Assembly (NCBI GenBank): GCA_029547385.1
Contig: JAKPPK010000072.1
Location: forward strand, 1 to 52,618
Source: Candidatus Latescibacterota bacterium
GTDB lineage: Bacteria > Latescibacterota > MWCZ01
DNA length: 52,618 nucleotides
Direction of reading: 5' to 3'
Shown: positions 39,824 through 48,999 of the stretch, piece by piece
Layout: each line of letters starts with the position of its first letter
How positions within the stretch are numbered: position 1 is the first letter of the stretch
Program-made: the position numbers and the translations under genes
The notes under the pieces: generated by a model
Told to the model about the DNA's origin: nothing
The model's database searches: none
What the model saw: only the letters and a program-made list of their open reading frames with translations

Positions 39824-39899
39824 TGGTAGCGCGTACGGGAGTCGAACCCGTGTTTCCGGCGTGAGAGGCCAGCGTCCTGGGCCACTAGACGAACGCGCC
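39824..39899 (-). tRNA. tRNA-Glu (anticodon CUC), CCA encoded
   Basis: Hand-folded cloverleaf. Acceptor GGCGCGT/ACGCGCT (G1-U72 wobble), D arm GTCT/GGAC, anticodon stem CTGGC/GCCGG with loop CTCTCAC, T arm ACGGG-TTCGACT-CCCGT, and a 3' ACCA. Confidence 0.88.
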
Positions 39900-40011
39900 A
39901 AAGCGGAAGAATATTAAAGTTAACGCCAAACCCGGCGTTTGCCAAAAGCCGCGGGCCCCGGCCCACGCGAATTGCGATTGAACCAGAACTGGTCGTCTCC
40001 GTTTTTCAGGC

Positions 40012-40025
40012 GTACCGATCGGTAC
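40012..40025. promoter_or_regulatory. perfect 14-nt palindrome GTACCGATCGGTAC upstream of the 40073 gene
   Basis: Read directly from the sequence. It lies 48 nt upstream of the ATG at 40073 and is followed by the hairpin GGCTGA-N7-TCAGCC at 40034-40052. Confidence 0.35.
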
Positions 40026-40072
40026 CGACAGGCGGCTGAGCCTGCGTCAGCCACAGGAACTCAACACTGCAA

Positions 40073-40987
40073 ATGAACTTCTCCGCAGTATCCTTCGCAT
40101 ATCTGGTGGATTCCGAGGAGACGGAAGAACAAGCGGCAGTGCTCTCACGCAGCATTCGCGATCTCGGCGGGGGCCTTTGTGCGAGCCAGATAATCGCGAT
40201 GAGGCCGGAGACATCGCGTCCTTCCCGCAGGTGGAACGCTCTTAAAGACGATTTGCAGGTAATCGAGAGCGTGTTCGCGATGGAAGTGGAGTTGTCCACC
40301 CTGCCATTCGCCACGAAGGCGGTCGCGGCGGGACATGCGGAATCGCGGGTGGCAGAAAGTGGCGATCTACTCGTGTGGATGGACAGTGGCTCGCTTGTCC
40401 TGAGAGAGCCTGCGGAGTTGTTGCTGGACGATGACCACGTGCTGGGTTGCTCGCCGGTCGACCACACGCTGATCGGGTCGCCGTTTTCAGAGCCCCTGGA
40501 TGGGTTCTGGGAGTACGTGTACCGGGTTTGCGGGGTGGACCGCAATTCGGTGTTCCCGGTTACAAGCGTTGTGGACCGGCGTGAGATCCGCGCCTACTTC
40601 AACGCGGGACTTCTTGTGGTCAAACCGCAGCGCGGAATCCTTCGTGCGTGGGGAGAAAACGTGCGAAGGATTTGCACGGGTGCGGACCTGAAAGGGTTGC
40701 TCAACGGTAACCCGCTGCACCGGGTCTTTCTACACCAGGCGGTACTTGCCGCGACGATTCTTGCGCGAGTGGATCGGAACGAGATCCTGTTGTTCACTCC
40801 TCATGTGAACTACCCTCTCCACATGCACACGGACCATCCGGCCAATCAAGCAACGAAATCCATGGACGATCTTGTTACGTGCCGCTACGAAGGGTTCTTC
40901 GCACGTGACGACTGGGCCGAGACTGCCCCGGTGAGCGACGCGTTGGAGGCCTGGATCAGAACGCATCTCTGTCGGGCCGATTCCTGA
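40073..40987 (+). CDS. hypothetical protein, possibly a GT8-like nucleotide-diphospho-sugar transferase fold with a degenerate DxD motif
   Basis: 304 aa with GC-rich third codon positions. LLVWMDSGSLV sits where GT8 enzymes have the YLDxD motif, and AYFNAGLLVVKP resembles the GT8 FNAG(V/L)(L/M) motif. The family call is weak. Confidence 0.4.
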   Translation: MNFSAVSFAYLVDSEETEEQAAVLSRSIRDLGGGLCASQIIAMRPETSRPSRRWNALKDDLQVIESVFAMEVELSTLPFATKAVAAGHAESRVAESGDLLVWMDSGSLVLREPAELLLDDDHVLGCSPVDHTLIGSPFSEPLDGFWEYVYRVCGVDRNSVFPVTSVVDRREIRAYFNAGLLVVKPQRGILRAWGENVRRICTGADLKGLLNGNPLHRVFLHQAVLAATILARVDRNEILLFTPHVNYPLHMHTDHPANQATKSMDDLVTCRYEGFFARDDWAETAPVSDALEAWIRTHLCRADS

Positions 40988-41082
40988 CGCCATCCGGGAG
41001 TCATGGGGAGGGGTTGCAGCCGCACAAACATGCACGGAGCAGCCGCTTTCATCTCACGTACCGACCTCTTGCGCGAACGCTC

Positions 41083-41931
41083 TTACTGGGGAAAAATCGG
41101 GATGTACGATTGCGCCTTTCTCGTCAGGTATGCCCTCTCGTCTTCGGAAAGAGGCGCGGTGTTGTCCGTAATCCGTATTGCCAGCTGGAGCATTTTGGCA
41201 TCGCCCGGCGGAATGCACGCGGTGACGCCCTCAGACCAGGCGAAACGCAGCGCGAGGCTCGCCGTCGCCGGGTCGTCTTCCGGCTGATACCAGCACGCGG
41301 AGTACTCGTCTCGGCGCCCGTTCTCCGGCCATTTTGTGCGAGCCATCGCTTTGATCGCGAGAATCCCCATCCCGCGTTCTTTCGCCGTGTGAACAAGGCG
41401 AGCGCCTAAACCCGCGTTCGACCAGCAGACCCAGTTTACGGGGAACATCACCGTGTCAAACTGGTACCGGTTCAAAAGCGCAAGTGCGGCTTCTTCGGAG
41501 TGCGCGGAAAAACCAGCCAAGCGGGTTTTGCCTTCCGTCTTCGCACGCTCAATAGTCTCGATCGCTCCACCGGGGGCAAAAATGGTCTCCACCTCCTGCA
41601 TACTTGACACCCCATGCAACTGGTACACGTCGAAATGGTCTGTGCGCAGGCGCCGAAGCGAACGTTCGAGTTCGCGTTGAGCTCCTTCTCGGGTGCGTTC
41701 TGTCGTTTTGCAGGCGAGGAAGATGCCTTCGCGTTTGCCCTGCAAGGCGGGTCCGAGGCGTTCTTCTGAATCCCCATAGGTCGGGGCGACGTCGAAATAG
41801 GTTACGCCCGAATCCAACGCGAAGCTGACCAATCTGTCCGCTTCAGCCTGTGTCTTGCCGGCGACAACTATTCCCCCGAATCCGATGACTGAAAGCTGCG
41901 TTCCAGTTCTACCAAGGGTTCTCGTTTCCAT
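41083..41931 (-). CDS. aldo/keto reductase
   Basis: N-terminus RTLGRTGTQLSVIGFGG, FDVAPTYGDSEE, HFDVYQLH and the overall AKR pattern. 282 aa. Confidence 0.88.
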   Translation of the reverse strand: METRTLGRTGTQLSVIGFGGIVVAGKTQAEADRLVSFALDSGVTYFDVAPTYGDSEERLGPALQGKREGIFLACKTTERTREGAQRELERSLRRLRTDHFDVYQLHGVSSMQEVETIFAPGGAIETIERAKTEGKTRLAGFSAHSEEAALALLNRYQFDTVMFPVNWVCWSNAGLGARLVHTAKERGMGILAIKAMARTKWPENGRRDEYSACWYQPEDDPATASLALRFAWSEGVTACIPPGDAKMLQLAIRITDNTAPLSEDERAYLTRKAQSYIPIFPQ

Positions 41932-42053
41932 TTGAAGCGACCTCCAGACCCGCGCTGCAACTCCTCGTCATTTCTCGTGATGGATGGTCGTCATGGAATA
42001 TGGTCACGCCACGAAACGTGCGCAATAAGGCGTTGAGAACACAAGGACGGGAG

Positions 42054-42097
42054 ACAAACGAAAAACGGCACAGGCAGACCGAAACACCTGTGCCGTT
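42054..42097 (-). terminator. rho-independent terminator downstream of tRNA-Lys
   Basis: On the minus strand there is a perfect 11-bp stem AACGGCACAGG/CCTGTGCCGTT with a 12-nt loop, followed by TTTCGTTTG. Confidence 0.75.
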
Positions 42098-42104
42098 CAA
42101 GGAG

Positions 42105-42176
42105 TACCCCCAGAAGGACTTGAACCTTCAACCAACGGATTAAGAGTCCGCTGCTCTACCATTGAGCTATGGAGGC
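42105..42176 (-). tRNA. tRNA-Lys (anticodon CUU), CCA not encoded
   Basis: Hand-folded. Acceptor GCCTCCA/TGGGGGT, D arm GCTC/GAGC, anticodon stem GCGGA/TCCGT with loop CTCTTAA, T arm GAAGG-TTCAAGT-CCTTC, discriminator A. Confidence 0.88.
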
Positions 42177-42201
42177 AAAAGCAAACTGCAAAGCTTAAAT
42201 A

Positions 42202-43434
42202 TCAGTATTCGTCGCCTTCCCGGTCAAGAGCGAACGTCGTGTGTAGCGCTTTCACGGCAGTTTCTGCCTGCGCCTCACGGACTATACACGATATCTTGAT
42301 CTCGGAAGTACTGATCATCTCGATATTGATTCCATGGCAGGCGAGTGTGTCGAACATCTTCGCCGCGACACCAGTGTGCGAGCGCATACCTATACCAACG
42401 AGAGAAATCTTTGCTATCTCCTCGTCCGCAACGATTTCTCTGGCCCCGATATCGCGTTGGATCAACAGACACGCATCCATCGCCTTTTTCAGATCAGGAC
42501 GCGTCACGGTGAACGAGAGATCCGTGATGCCGTCCTCGGACACGTTCTGGACGATCATGTCCACATTGATCCCGGCCTGTGCCATGCGATTGAAAAGCGT
42601 TGCGGCGACGCCCGGACGGTCAGTGACACCTCGGACGGTGATTTTCGCTTCCGTCATGTCGTACGCGATGCCTCGAACAACTACGGCTTCCATAGCGGTA
42701 TCTGCCTCCCGAATAACCGTTCCCGGCGCTTCGCTGAATGATGAACGAACGTGAATTACAGTCCCGTGCTTTTTTGCATATTCAATCGACCTTGCCTGCA
42801 TGACCTGGGCGCCCATGCTGGCAAGTTCGAGCATTTCTTCGTACGAGATGGCGCGGATTTTCCTGGCGTCTTTCACGAGCCGCGGATTCGTAGTATACAC
42901 GCCGTCTACATCGGTGTAGATTTCGCAGGCATCCGCTTTGAGCGCGCATGCCAGCGCGACGGCGGAGAGGTCACTTCCGCCCCTGCCGAGGGCGGTCTCG
43001 TCGCCATCCTCCGTCACACCCTGATACCCCGTAACGACGGCGACGGATCCTTCCCGCAGGGCCTCGCGGATACGAGTAGCCTCTATGCGACGAATTTTCG
43101 CGCGCAGGGGTGACGCCGAATCTGTCACGATTCCCGCCTGCCAGCCCGTGAAGGCGCGCGCCGGTTGCCCGAGTTCGTTGAGCGCGATCGCCAGCAGGGC
43201 GGCAGAAACCCGTTCCCCTGTGATCATGAGGATGGCCATTTCCCGCTCTGCCGGCTCCACGGATATTTTCGCGGCCATGCTCTCGAGCTCATCGGTCGCA
43301 TCCCCCATCGCGGAGACGACCACCACCACGTCGTTTCCCTCTTTCTTCGTCGCGAGGACCCGGCGTGCGACGCGAGTGATCAATTCCGGCGTCGCCACCG
43401 ACGTTCCGCCGAACTTCATTACGATCAATCCCAT
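42202..43434 (-). CDS. lysC: aspartate kinase
   Basis: N-terminus IVMKFGGTSV, the kinase core, and two C-terminal ACT domains. 410 aa. Confidence 0.93.
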   Translation of the reverse strand: MGLIVMKFGGTSVATPELITRVARRVLATKKEGNDVVVVVSAMGDATDELESMAAKISVEPAEREMAILMITGERVSAALLAIALNELGQPARAFTGWQAGIVTDSASPLRAKIRRIEATRIREALREGSVAVVTGYQGVTEDGDETALGRGGSDLSAVALACALKADACEIYTDVDGVYTTNPRLVKDARKIRAISYEEMLELASMGAQVMQARSIEYAKKHGTVIHVRSSFSEAPGTVIREADTAMEAVVVRGIAYDMTEAKITVRGVTDRPGVAATLFNRMAQAGINVDMIVQNVSEDGITDLSFTVTRPDLKKAMDACLLIQRDIGAREIVADEEIAKISLVGIGMRSHTGVAAKMFDTLACHGINIEMISTSEIKISCIVREAQAETAVKALHTTFALDREGDEY

Positions 43435-43452
43435 AGCAGCTTTCCGTCTTTG

Positions 43453-44574
43453 TTATGGGTTGGAGTGACGTCTCCGCGCCTCCACGGCGCGGTCAAGAAG
43501 GTCCAACACAGCATCTATGTTCGCAGATGACCGTACCGGTGCCTCGGCTATTGCAATCGCCCGTTCAGGGTCCTTCAGGCCATGCCCTGTCAGGATACAC
43601 ACAACACGCGCGCCTTTCGGAAAAAACCCTTTCCGCGACAACTTGGCAACGCCAGCCACGCTCGCGGCGGATGCCGGTTCCGCGAAAACCCCCTCGTATC
43701 TCGCCAGCAATTTCTGCGCACGCGTGATTTCTTCGTCGGTCACTTCGTCTATCAGTCCGCCCGACTCATCGCGCGCCGCAACGGCACTCTTCCAGCTTGC
43801 AGGGTCACCGATTTTGATTGCCGTAGCGATAGTTTCAGGTTTTTCGATTCTCGATCCACGGACGATGGGCGCGGACCCCGCCGCCTGAAACCCGATCATC
43901 TTCGGGAGTCGATCGATGAATCCGTTGTCGAAAAACTCCCGGTACCCCTTCCAGTACGCGGTGATATTACCCGCATTCCCGACAGGCAGAACGTGGTAGT
44001 CAGGAGGCCGCCCCCCGAGCTGCTCACAGATTTCGAAAGAACCGGTTTTCTGCCCTTCTATTCGGTACGGGTTGATCGAGTTCACGATCGCAACGGGGCG
44101 CTTTTCCGCGAGGGCTCTTACCAACCGAAGGCAATCGTCGAAATTGCCGTCAATCTGAATGACGACCGCGCCGTGCATCATTGCCTGAGCGAGTTTGCCC
44201 TGAGCGATATTCCCACGCGGTATGAGCACCGTGGAGATCATTCCGGCCCGCGAGGCGTACGCCGCCGCGGATGCGCTTGTGTTGCCAGTCGAAGCGCAGA
44301 CCACGATTTCCGCACCGTCCTCCGCTGCTTTCGAGATTGCAAGGGTCATCCCCCGGTCTTTGAAGGAACCGGTAGGATTCATTCCCTCGAACTTGAAGTA
44401 GAGTTCGATGTCAGCGCCAAACAGTCGCGGTAAGGCGACTGCAGGGATCAGCGGCGTGTTCCCTTCAAGCAGCGTGATGACGGGCGTTCCTGCGGTGACC
44501 GGTAGATGTGGCCTGTATCTCTGGATGATGCCGGGCCACGCGGCCGAATGTGGATTTTGAACGTCAGGTTCCAA
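43453..44574 (-). CDS. thrC: threonine synthase
   Basis: PLP-lysine motif [16 protein letters not shown], plus GNAGN. 373 aa. Confidence 0.92.
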   Translation of the reverse strand: MEPDVQNPHSAAWPGIIQRYRPHLPVTAGTPVITLLEGNTPLIPAVALPRLFGADIELYFKFEGMNPTGSFKDRGMTLAISKAAEDGAEIVVCASTGNTSASAAAYASRAGMISTVLIPRGNIAQGKLAQAMMHGAVVIQIDGNFDDCLRLVRALAEKRPVAIVNSINPYRIEGQKTGSFEICEQLGGRPPDYHVLPVGNAGNITAYWKGYREFFDNGFIDRLPKMIGFQAAGSAPIVRGSRIEKPETIATAIKIGDPASWKSAVAARDESGGLIDEVTDEEITRAQKLLARYEGVFAEPASAASVAGVAKLSRKGFFPKGARVVCILTGHGLKDPERAIAIAEAPVRSSANIDAVLDLLDRAVEARRRHSNP

Positions 44575-44576
44575 TG

Positions 44577-45878
44577 TTACTCCAGTTCTTCCACGCGAAT
44601 TCGCTGAATAGGCCCGCGGACGACATTCAGCGTCGAAAGCCGTCGCAGCGCCCTTTCAATGGAAGCCTCACTGGCTTCGTGTGTCATGATTACCAGAGGC
44701 ACGGTGTCCGAAGCTGCACGTCCCTTCTGGATCACCGATTCGATGCTGATGTTCTCTTCCGCGAACAATCGCGCAATGTCGGCAAGTACGCCCGCCCGAT
44801 CGAAAACCTCCAGCCGGACATAATGCCTCAAAAAGAGATCTTCCGCGGTTACGAGTCGGACGCTCGAGGCAGACGCGAGAAGGGGTGCGACGCGACACGT
44901 CGGAGCACCTGACTGGATTCGCAAAGCCAGATCAATGACGTCCGAAACAACAACCGTCGCTGTCGGCCTTTGCCCGGCTCCTTTCCCGTAGAAGACCTGG
45001 GTTCCGAATTCCTCGCCGACCACCTCTATCGCGTTGTACTCGAACTTGACGTTCGCCATCAGCCCGGAAAGGGGGATCATGGCAGGATGAACGCGCGCCT
45101 CGATCCGGCCCTCACGCTCTTTAGCGATGGCGAGCAGTTTGATTCGGTACCCAAGTTCCTGCGCGAAGGAGATATCCATGGGTGTAATGCGTTCGATACC
45201 TTCGCAAAGGATTTCCTCGGGCGAAAGAGAAGCGCCGAAAGCAAGCCGCGCAAGGATGACAAGCTTCTGCAGAGAATCCTTCCCCGACACATCGGCCACA
45301 GGATTGCGCTCGGCGAAACCCAGTTGCTGAGCGGCTTTCAGCATTTCATCGTACGATGCCCCGTCGTCTGTCATCCTCGTGAGGATGTAATTCGTGGTGC
45401 CGTTGAGGATGCCGTAAATTGAGCGGATGGCGCTCGTACCGAGGCTTTCCCTGAGAGCGCGGATAATCGGGATGCTGCCGCCAACGGCCGCTTCAAACAA
45501 GACATCCACGCCCCGCTTCTGCGCTGCGCGGAATATCTCCTCTCCCTGTGCAGAGAGAAGGGCCTTGTTTGCTGTCACAACATGTTTGCCATGTTCGATT
45601 GCCGTAAGCACAAAGGTCCGCGCAGGTTCAATTCCTCCCACCAGTTCGACAACTATGTCGATTTCGGGTTCTTCCAGCACGGCCCTTACGTCTTCCGTCA
45701 GAATGCCCGAAGGAAGATCGATCCCCCGATCTGAAAGGTCCTTGTCAGCAATCCGCTTCAGTGTGATGGGCCCGCAATCCCCGGCGAAGACCTTGCTCCG
45801 TTTTTCAAGCAGGAGACGCGCAACGCCGACTCCAATCGTTCCAAGACCTACCAAACCGACTTGAACACTACCCGCCAT
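44577..45878 (-). CDS. hom: homoserine dehydrogenase
   Basis: NAD-binding motif [13 protein letters not shown], the catalytic domain, and a C-terminal ACT domain. The start is trimmed to ATG 45878, preceded by GAAGG. Confidence 0.9.
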   Translation of the reverse strand: MAGSVQVGLVGLGTIGVGVARLLLEKRSKVFAGDCGPITLKRIADKDLSDRGIDLPSGILTEDVRAVLEEPEIDIVVELVGGIEPARTFVLTAIEHGKHVVTANKALLSAQGEEIFRAAQKRGVDVLFEAAVGGSIPIIRALRESLGTSAIRSIYGILNGTTNYILTRMTDDGASYDEMLKAAQQLGFAERNPVADVSGKDSLQKLVILARLAFGASLSPEEILCEGIERITPMDISFAQELGYRIKLLAIAKEREGRIEARVHPAMIPLSGLMANVKFEYNAIEVVGEEFGTQVFYGKGAGQRPTATVVVSDVIDLALRIQSGAPTCRVAPLLASASSVRLVTAEDLFLRHYVRLEVFDRAGVLADIARLFAEENISIESVIQKGRAASDTVPLVIMTHEASEASIERALRRLSTLNVVRGPIQRIRVEELE

Positions 45879-45916
45879 CGAGGTGCCTTCTAGAAATAGA
45901 CCACGGAAGCGCAAAA

Positions 45917-45935
45917 AGAACGTGAAAAACGTTCT
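45917..45935. promoter_or_regulatory. inverted repeat AGAACG-N7-CGTTCT in the hom / GGDEF divergent intergenic region
   Basis: Read directly from the sequence. On the hom (minus) strand it is followed by TTTTTG and sits about 40 nt upstream of the hom ATG. Candidate operator or weak leader hairpin. Confidence 0.3.
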
Positions 45936-46014
45936 AAAACGTACCACTCCGCTCCGCGGAGGGTCAAGGCGGGGCAAACCCGCAGGATCGCAGCCCGTAG
46001 CAATTGAGATACTC

Positions 46015-46044
46015 TTGACCGGTTCAATTACTTACGCGTATCAT
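46015..46044 (+). promoter_or_regulatory. candidate sigma70-type promoter for the REC-GAF-GGDEF gene
   Basis: TTGACC, an 18-nt spacer, then TATCAT, about 75 nt upstream of ATG 46118. This is a consensus match only, and the host sigma-factor specificity is unknown. Confidence 0.35.
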
Positions 46045-46117
46045 CAACGAGCGAAACTTAATTCCCAATAGAGCCTTTTTGCTCCCGGGCACGACGCAAC
46101 AGAACGAGACCGACCGC

Positions 46118-47608
46118 ATGGCCGCCAAAAACACGGTGCTGGTAGCTCACCATGACAGCGCAACGCGGGATTTGTTCCGGGAAGCGCTCGACAAGGAGGT
46201 TTTCGACACTATCATCACTGACAAAGGCACCGAGGCAAGGGAGCTTTTCGAAACGCTCGGCGACCGTTTGGATGCGCTTGTTCTGGATTCCCAGTTGCCA
46301 GATGGTGACCCGTACGAGTTGCTGGCGGAGTTTCGAAAAGGTACCTCTGACGCCGAAATCGTCGTTGTCGTCAACGAAGTTAACGAAGACGCCTTTTCCA
46401 GAGCGCTCGGCGCAGGAGCGTTTGATTTTCTGGTGCAACCGTTCAGCAAACTGGCAGCGCAACAGATGTTGCGGAATGCAGTGGAACGCCGGAGATGCAG
46501 GAGACTCACCGCCGATCTTGTAAGTACGAAACGCAGCCTTGAGGTGGAACTCACCGTAAAGTCGTTCCAAATCGACCAGGTGCGTGAACTGGTGAACTTC
46601 AGCAGGCTCGTCAACGAGCATTTGCGGCTGGACGCGATTCTCGACATTACATTTGAACGACTTCCCGAACTTGTGAACGCCGAAACATTCAGCCTTTTCC
46701 TGTACGAACCCTCGCGAAACGAATTCCATCTCGCGATTACCAACCGCCCCAATCTCGACCCGCGCGAACCTATAGTCGTCAAAGAAGAAAACAGCCCGAT
46801 CATGAAACGCGCAATTGAGACCCACCAGGTGCTGTTCATTGACGATGTCCTGAAGAGTGGTCTGTTGCCCGACGAACAGGCAAGAACAGCGAAAAGCCGC
46901 CATTACAAGAAAAAGCACTCAGTCTGCCTGCCGCTCAAAGTCGAAGACCGCCCGATCGGTGTGCTGAATCTTAACGACTTCCGTGCCGAGGAGCAGATTC
47001 AGGATTACATTAATGTTGCGGTTCTGGCAGCGGCGTTTCTTGCACCGGTGATTTCGAACGCCCGGCTTTATGAACAGGTCGAGGAAACGGCGAATCGCGA
47101 CGGATTGACGCAGTTGTACAATCGGGCTTTCTTCGACAAAAATCTCGGCGAAAACTTCAGGCGTGCAGCTCGTTACGGACGACCTCTTTCGTTGTTGTTT
47201 CTGGACATAGACCATTTCAAGCAACTTAACGACACGTACGGCCATCAGGCCGGGGACATGGTCCTGCGCCGCGTTGCGGCCCGCCTGATAGACAATTCGC
47301 GCAAAGGGATCGACGTTGTTGCTCGTTATGGCGGAGAGGAAATGGTTCTGATTGGCCCTGAAACGCCGGCGGATGGCATCAAGATCGTGGCCGAGCGTAT
47401 CAGGCAGGACATAGAGGCGATGCGGGTGAAATTCCGTAACGAAACCGGAGAGAAGACGTTGTCCGTCACCGTAAGTATCGGGACGGCGACCTATCTTCCG
47501 GGTGTGTCCGATTACCCGAGCGAACGTGCTCTTACGGAAGCGGCGGACAGCGCTATGTACCAGGCGAAGCATTCAGGCCGTAACCGCTGCAGTCACCATA
47601 ATGGGTAA
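46118..47608 (+). CDS. response-regulator-like receiver / GAF / GGDEF diguanylate cyclase
   Basis: REC-like N-terminus (LVLDSQLPDGD), a central GAF-like segment (IGVLNLNDF...ISNARLYEQ), and a GGDEF domain (DGLTQLYNRAFF, LDIDHFKQLNDTYGH, RYGGEEMVLIG). The start is taken as ATG 46118; the ORF track gives 46079. Confidence 0.85.
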   Translation: MAAKNTVLVAHHDSATRDLFREALDKEVFDTIITDKGTEARELFETLGDRLDALVLDSQLPDGDPYELLAEFRKGTSDAEIVVVVNEVNEDAFSRALGAGAFDFLVQPFSKLAAQQMLRNAVERRRCRRLTADLVSTKRSLEVELTVKSFQIDQVRELVNFSRLVNEHLRLDAILDITFERLPELVNAETFSLFLYEPSRNEFHLAITNRPNLDPREPIVVKEENSPIMKRAIETHQVLFIDDVLKSGLLPDEQARTAKSRHYKKKHSVCLPLKVEDRPIGVLNLNDFRAEEQIQDYINVAVLAAAFLAPVISNARLYEQVEETANRDGLTQLYNRAFFDKNLGENFRRAARYGRPLSLLFLDIDHFKQLNDTYGHQAGDMVLRRVAARLIDNSRKGIDVVARYGGEEMVLIGPETPADGIKIVAERIRQDIEAMRVKFRNETGEKTLSVTVSIGTATYLPGVSDYPSERALTEAADSAMYQAKHSGRNRCSHHNG

Positions 47609-47640
47609 TACGTCCCGCGATGGACAAAGGAGCGTGTCGA

Positions 47641-48210
47641 ATGAGGAACGGATTGCTGAGTGCCTTTCTCGTCGTCGGGTTGGCCTGTGACGCCATGGCT
47701 CAGGGCGGGTACATCCCTGTCATTTACGCGGCGAACAAAGAGTATGGATTGAGCGGCAGCTACCTGAAACAGAAAGACGCCGCGGATAACGGAACATCCG
47801 ACCTGACACTGATGGGCCACTGGGGAATCATGATGCCTCTCGGCCTGCAACCGGAACTGGAAGCGGGGTGGCGCAAATCCACAACAGACGTTCCGGATTT
47901 TCAGGCACGGGATTATACACTGGCGGGAAACCTCCTGTGGAATCTGAGTCCATTCAATTCCCTTTCTTTCTTCGGTCTGGCTGGCTACGGGTACATAGGC
48001 GCGAAGACGGAGACCAAAGTTGGGACGGTTACCACGACGCTTACGGATAACCGGTGGTTTTCGCAGTTTGGCGGAGGAGTCAAGTGGCTTCTCGTGCCGA
48101 ACGCCGGGATTCGGTTGGATTACCGCTACCAGAACGGTGCCACACTGAATGCCGCGGGGAATAAGCAGAGCCGCCACGTACTCCTTCTCGGCGTTTCCGT
48201 TTTCCAGTAA
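47641..48210 (+). CDS. small outer-membrane beta-barrel protein (OmpW/opacity-porin-like)
   Basis: Signal peptide MRNGLLSAFLVVGLACDAMAQG, alternating amphipathic beta-strand pattern, aromatic girdle residues, and a C-terminal strand LLLGVSVFQ. 189 aa. Confidence 0.6.
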   Translation: MRNGLLSAFLVVGLACDAMAQGGYIPVIYAANKEYGLSGSYLKQKDAADNGTSDLTLMGHWGIMMPLGLQPELEAGWRKSTTDVPDFQARDYTLAGNLLWNLSPFNSLSFFGLAGYGYIGAKTETKVGTVTTTLTDNRWFSQFGGGVKWLLVPNAGIRLDYRYQNGATLNAAGNKQSRHVLLLGVSVFQ

Positions 48211-48297
48211 ACGGCTGGTTTGCCCAACCGGCAAGTAGAAAGTTGCCGCGGAGTAGCGCAACGTGCGCGTTTGTTCCCTGTGATCGAGTAGAACGAA

Positions 48298-48999
48298 ATG
48301 CAAAATCCCCCGCCGCAAGAGCACCGCGCGGCTTCACTTTCAGCTCGACTGCTTCTTCGAGATACAGTCCGCGCATACCTCCGTTTTCTGCCCGTCTCCG
48401 TAGCAGTTGTGGCGCTGCGCCTTGTCCCTTTCTACGTTCTTTTCTGGTTTCTTCCTCCGGGCACCGACGCAGTACACGCGGTGATGGAAACGGCAGTGGC
48501 GGTTCCCTGCGTCGCGGCCCTTGTCAGGATTGTGTGGAACGGAAGCGATGCAGCACGTCCTCGTTTCGCCGATTCCCTTCTCGGGGCGTCTCCAGTCGCA
48601 ACTCTGAAGTTGCTTGTGACGAACCTTTTTCTGCTCACCATCGCACTTATGGTGGCGCAGATCAGCCCCGAATGGTTCCTTGGATTCGTCATCGTGTGGA
48701 CATGGGCGGCACTTCTGACGGACCAGGTCGTGCTTATCGAAGGGAAAATGATGATCACGGCAATCGCACGTTCGTACGGCATTGTGCGACGTGCGTGGAA
48801 ACTATCTCTTCTGGGGCTTTTGGCGGTTCTGCTGCCCGAAGCGCTTAATCTGACAATCACGGAGTTCGTCCCGGAGGCGCTGAAAAGGGAGCTGCTAACT
48901 CGCGGAGTTACCGTCCTTTTTCTCCCGTTTTCGACGACAGTGTTGACTCTCTTGTACGAACGCACGGAGTCGCTGGCGGCACCTCCGTTTGACGGTTGA
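48298..48999 (+). CDS. hypothetical polytopic membrane protein
   Basis: 233 aa with about 5-6 hydrophobic helices. No family was recognised. Confidence 0.45.
   Translation: MQNPPPQEHRAASLSARLLLRDTVRAYLRFLPVSVAVVALRLVPFYVLFWFLPPGTDAVHAVMETAVAVPCVAALVRIVWNGSDAARPRFADSLLGASPVATLKLLVTNLFLLTIALMVAQISPEWFLGFVIVWTWAALLTDQVVLIEGKMMITAIARSYGIVRRAWKLSLLGLLAVLLPEALNLTITEFVPEALKRELLTRGVTVLFLPFSTTVLTLLYERTESLAAPPFDG

Noticed and set aside
45879-46117. Possible lysine riboswitch, T-box or Thr-rich leader peptide upstream of hom-thrC-lysC
   Set aside because: I could not recognise L-box or T-box conserved cores or a Thr/Ile-rich short ORF. The in-frame upstream extension of hom (MPRLDPP...TFFTFF) has no Thr run and looks non-coding.
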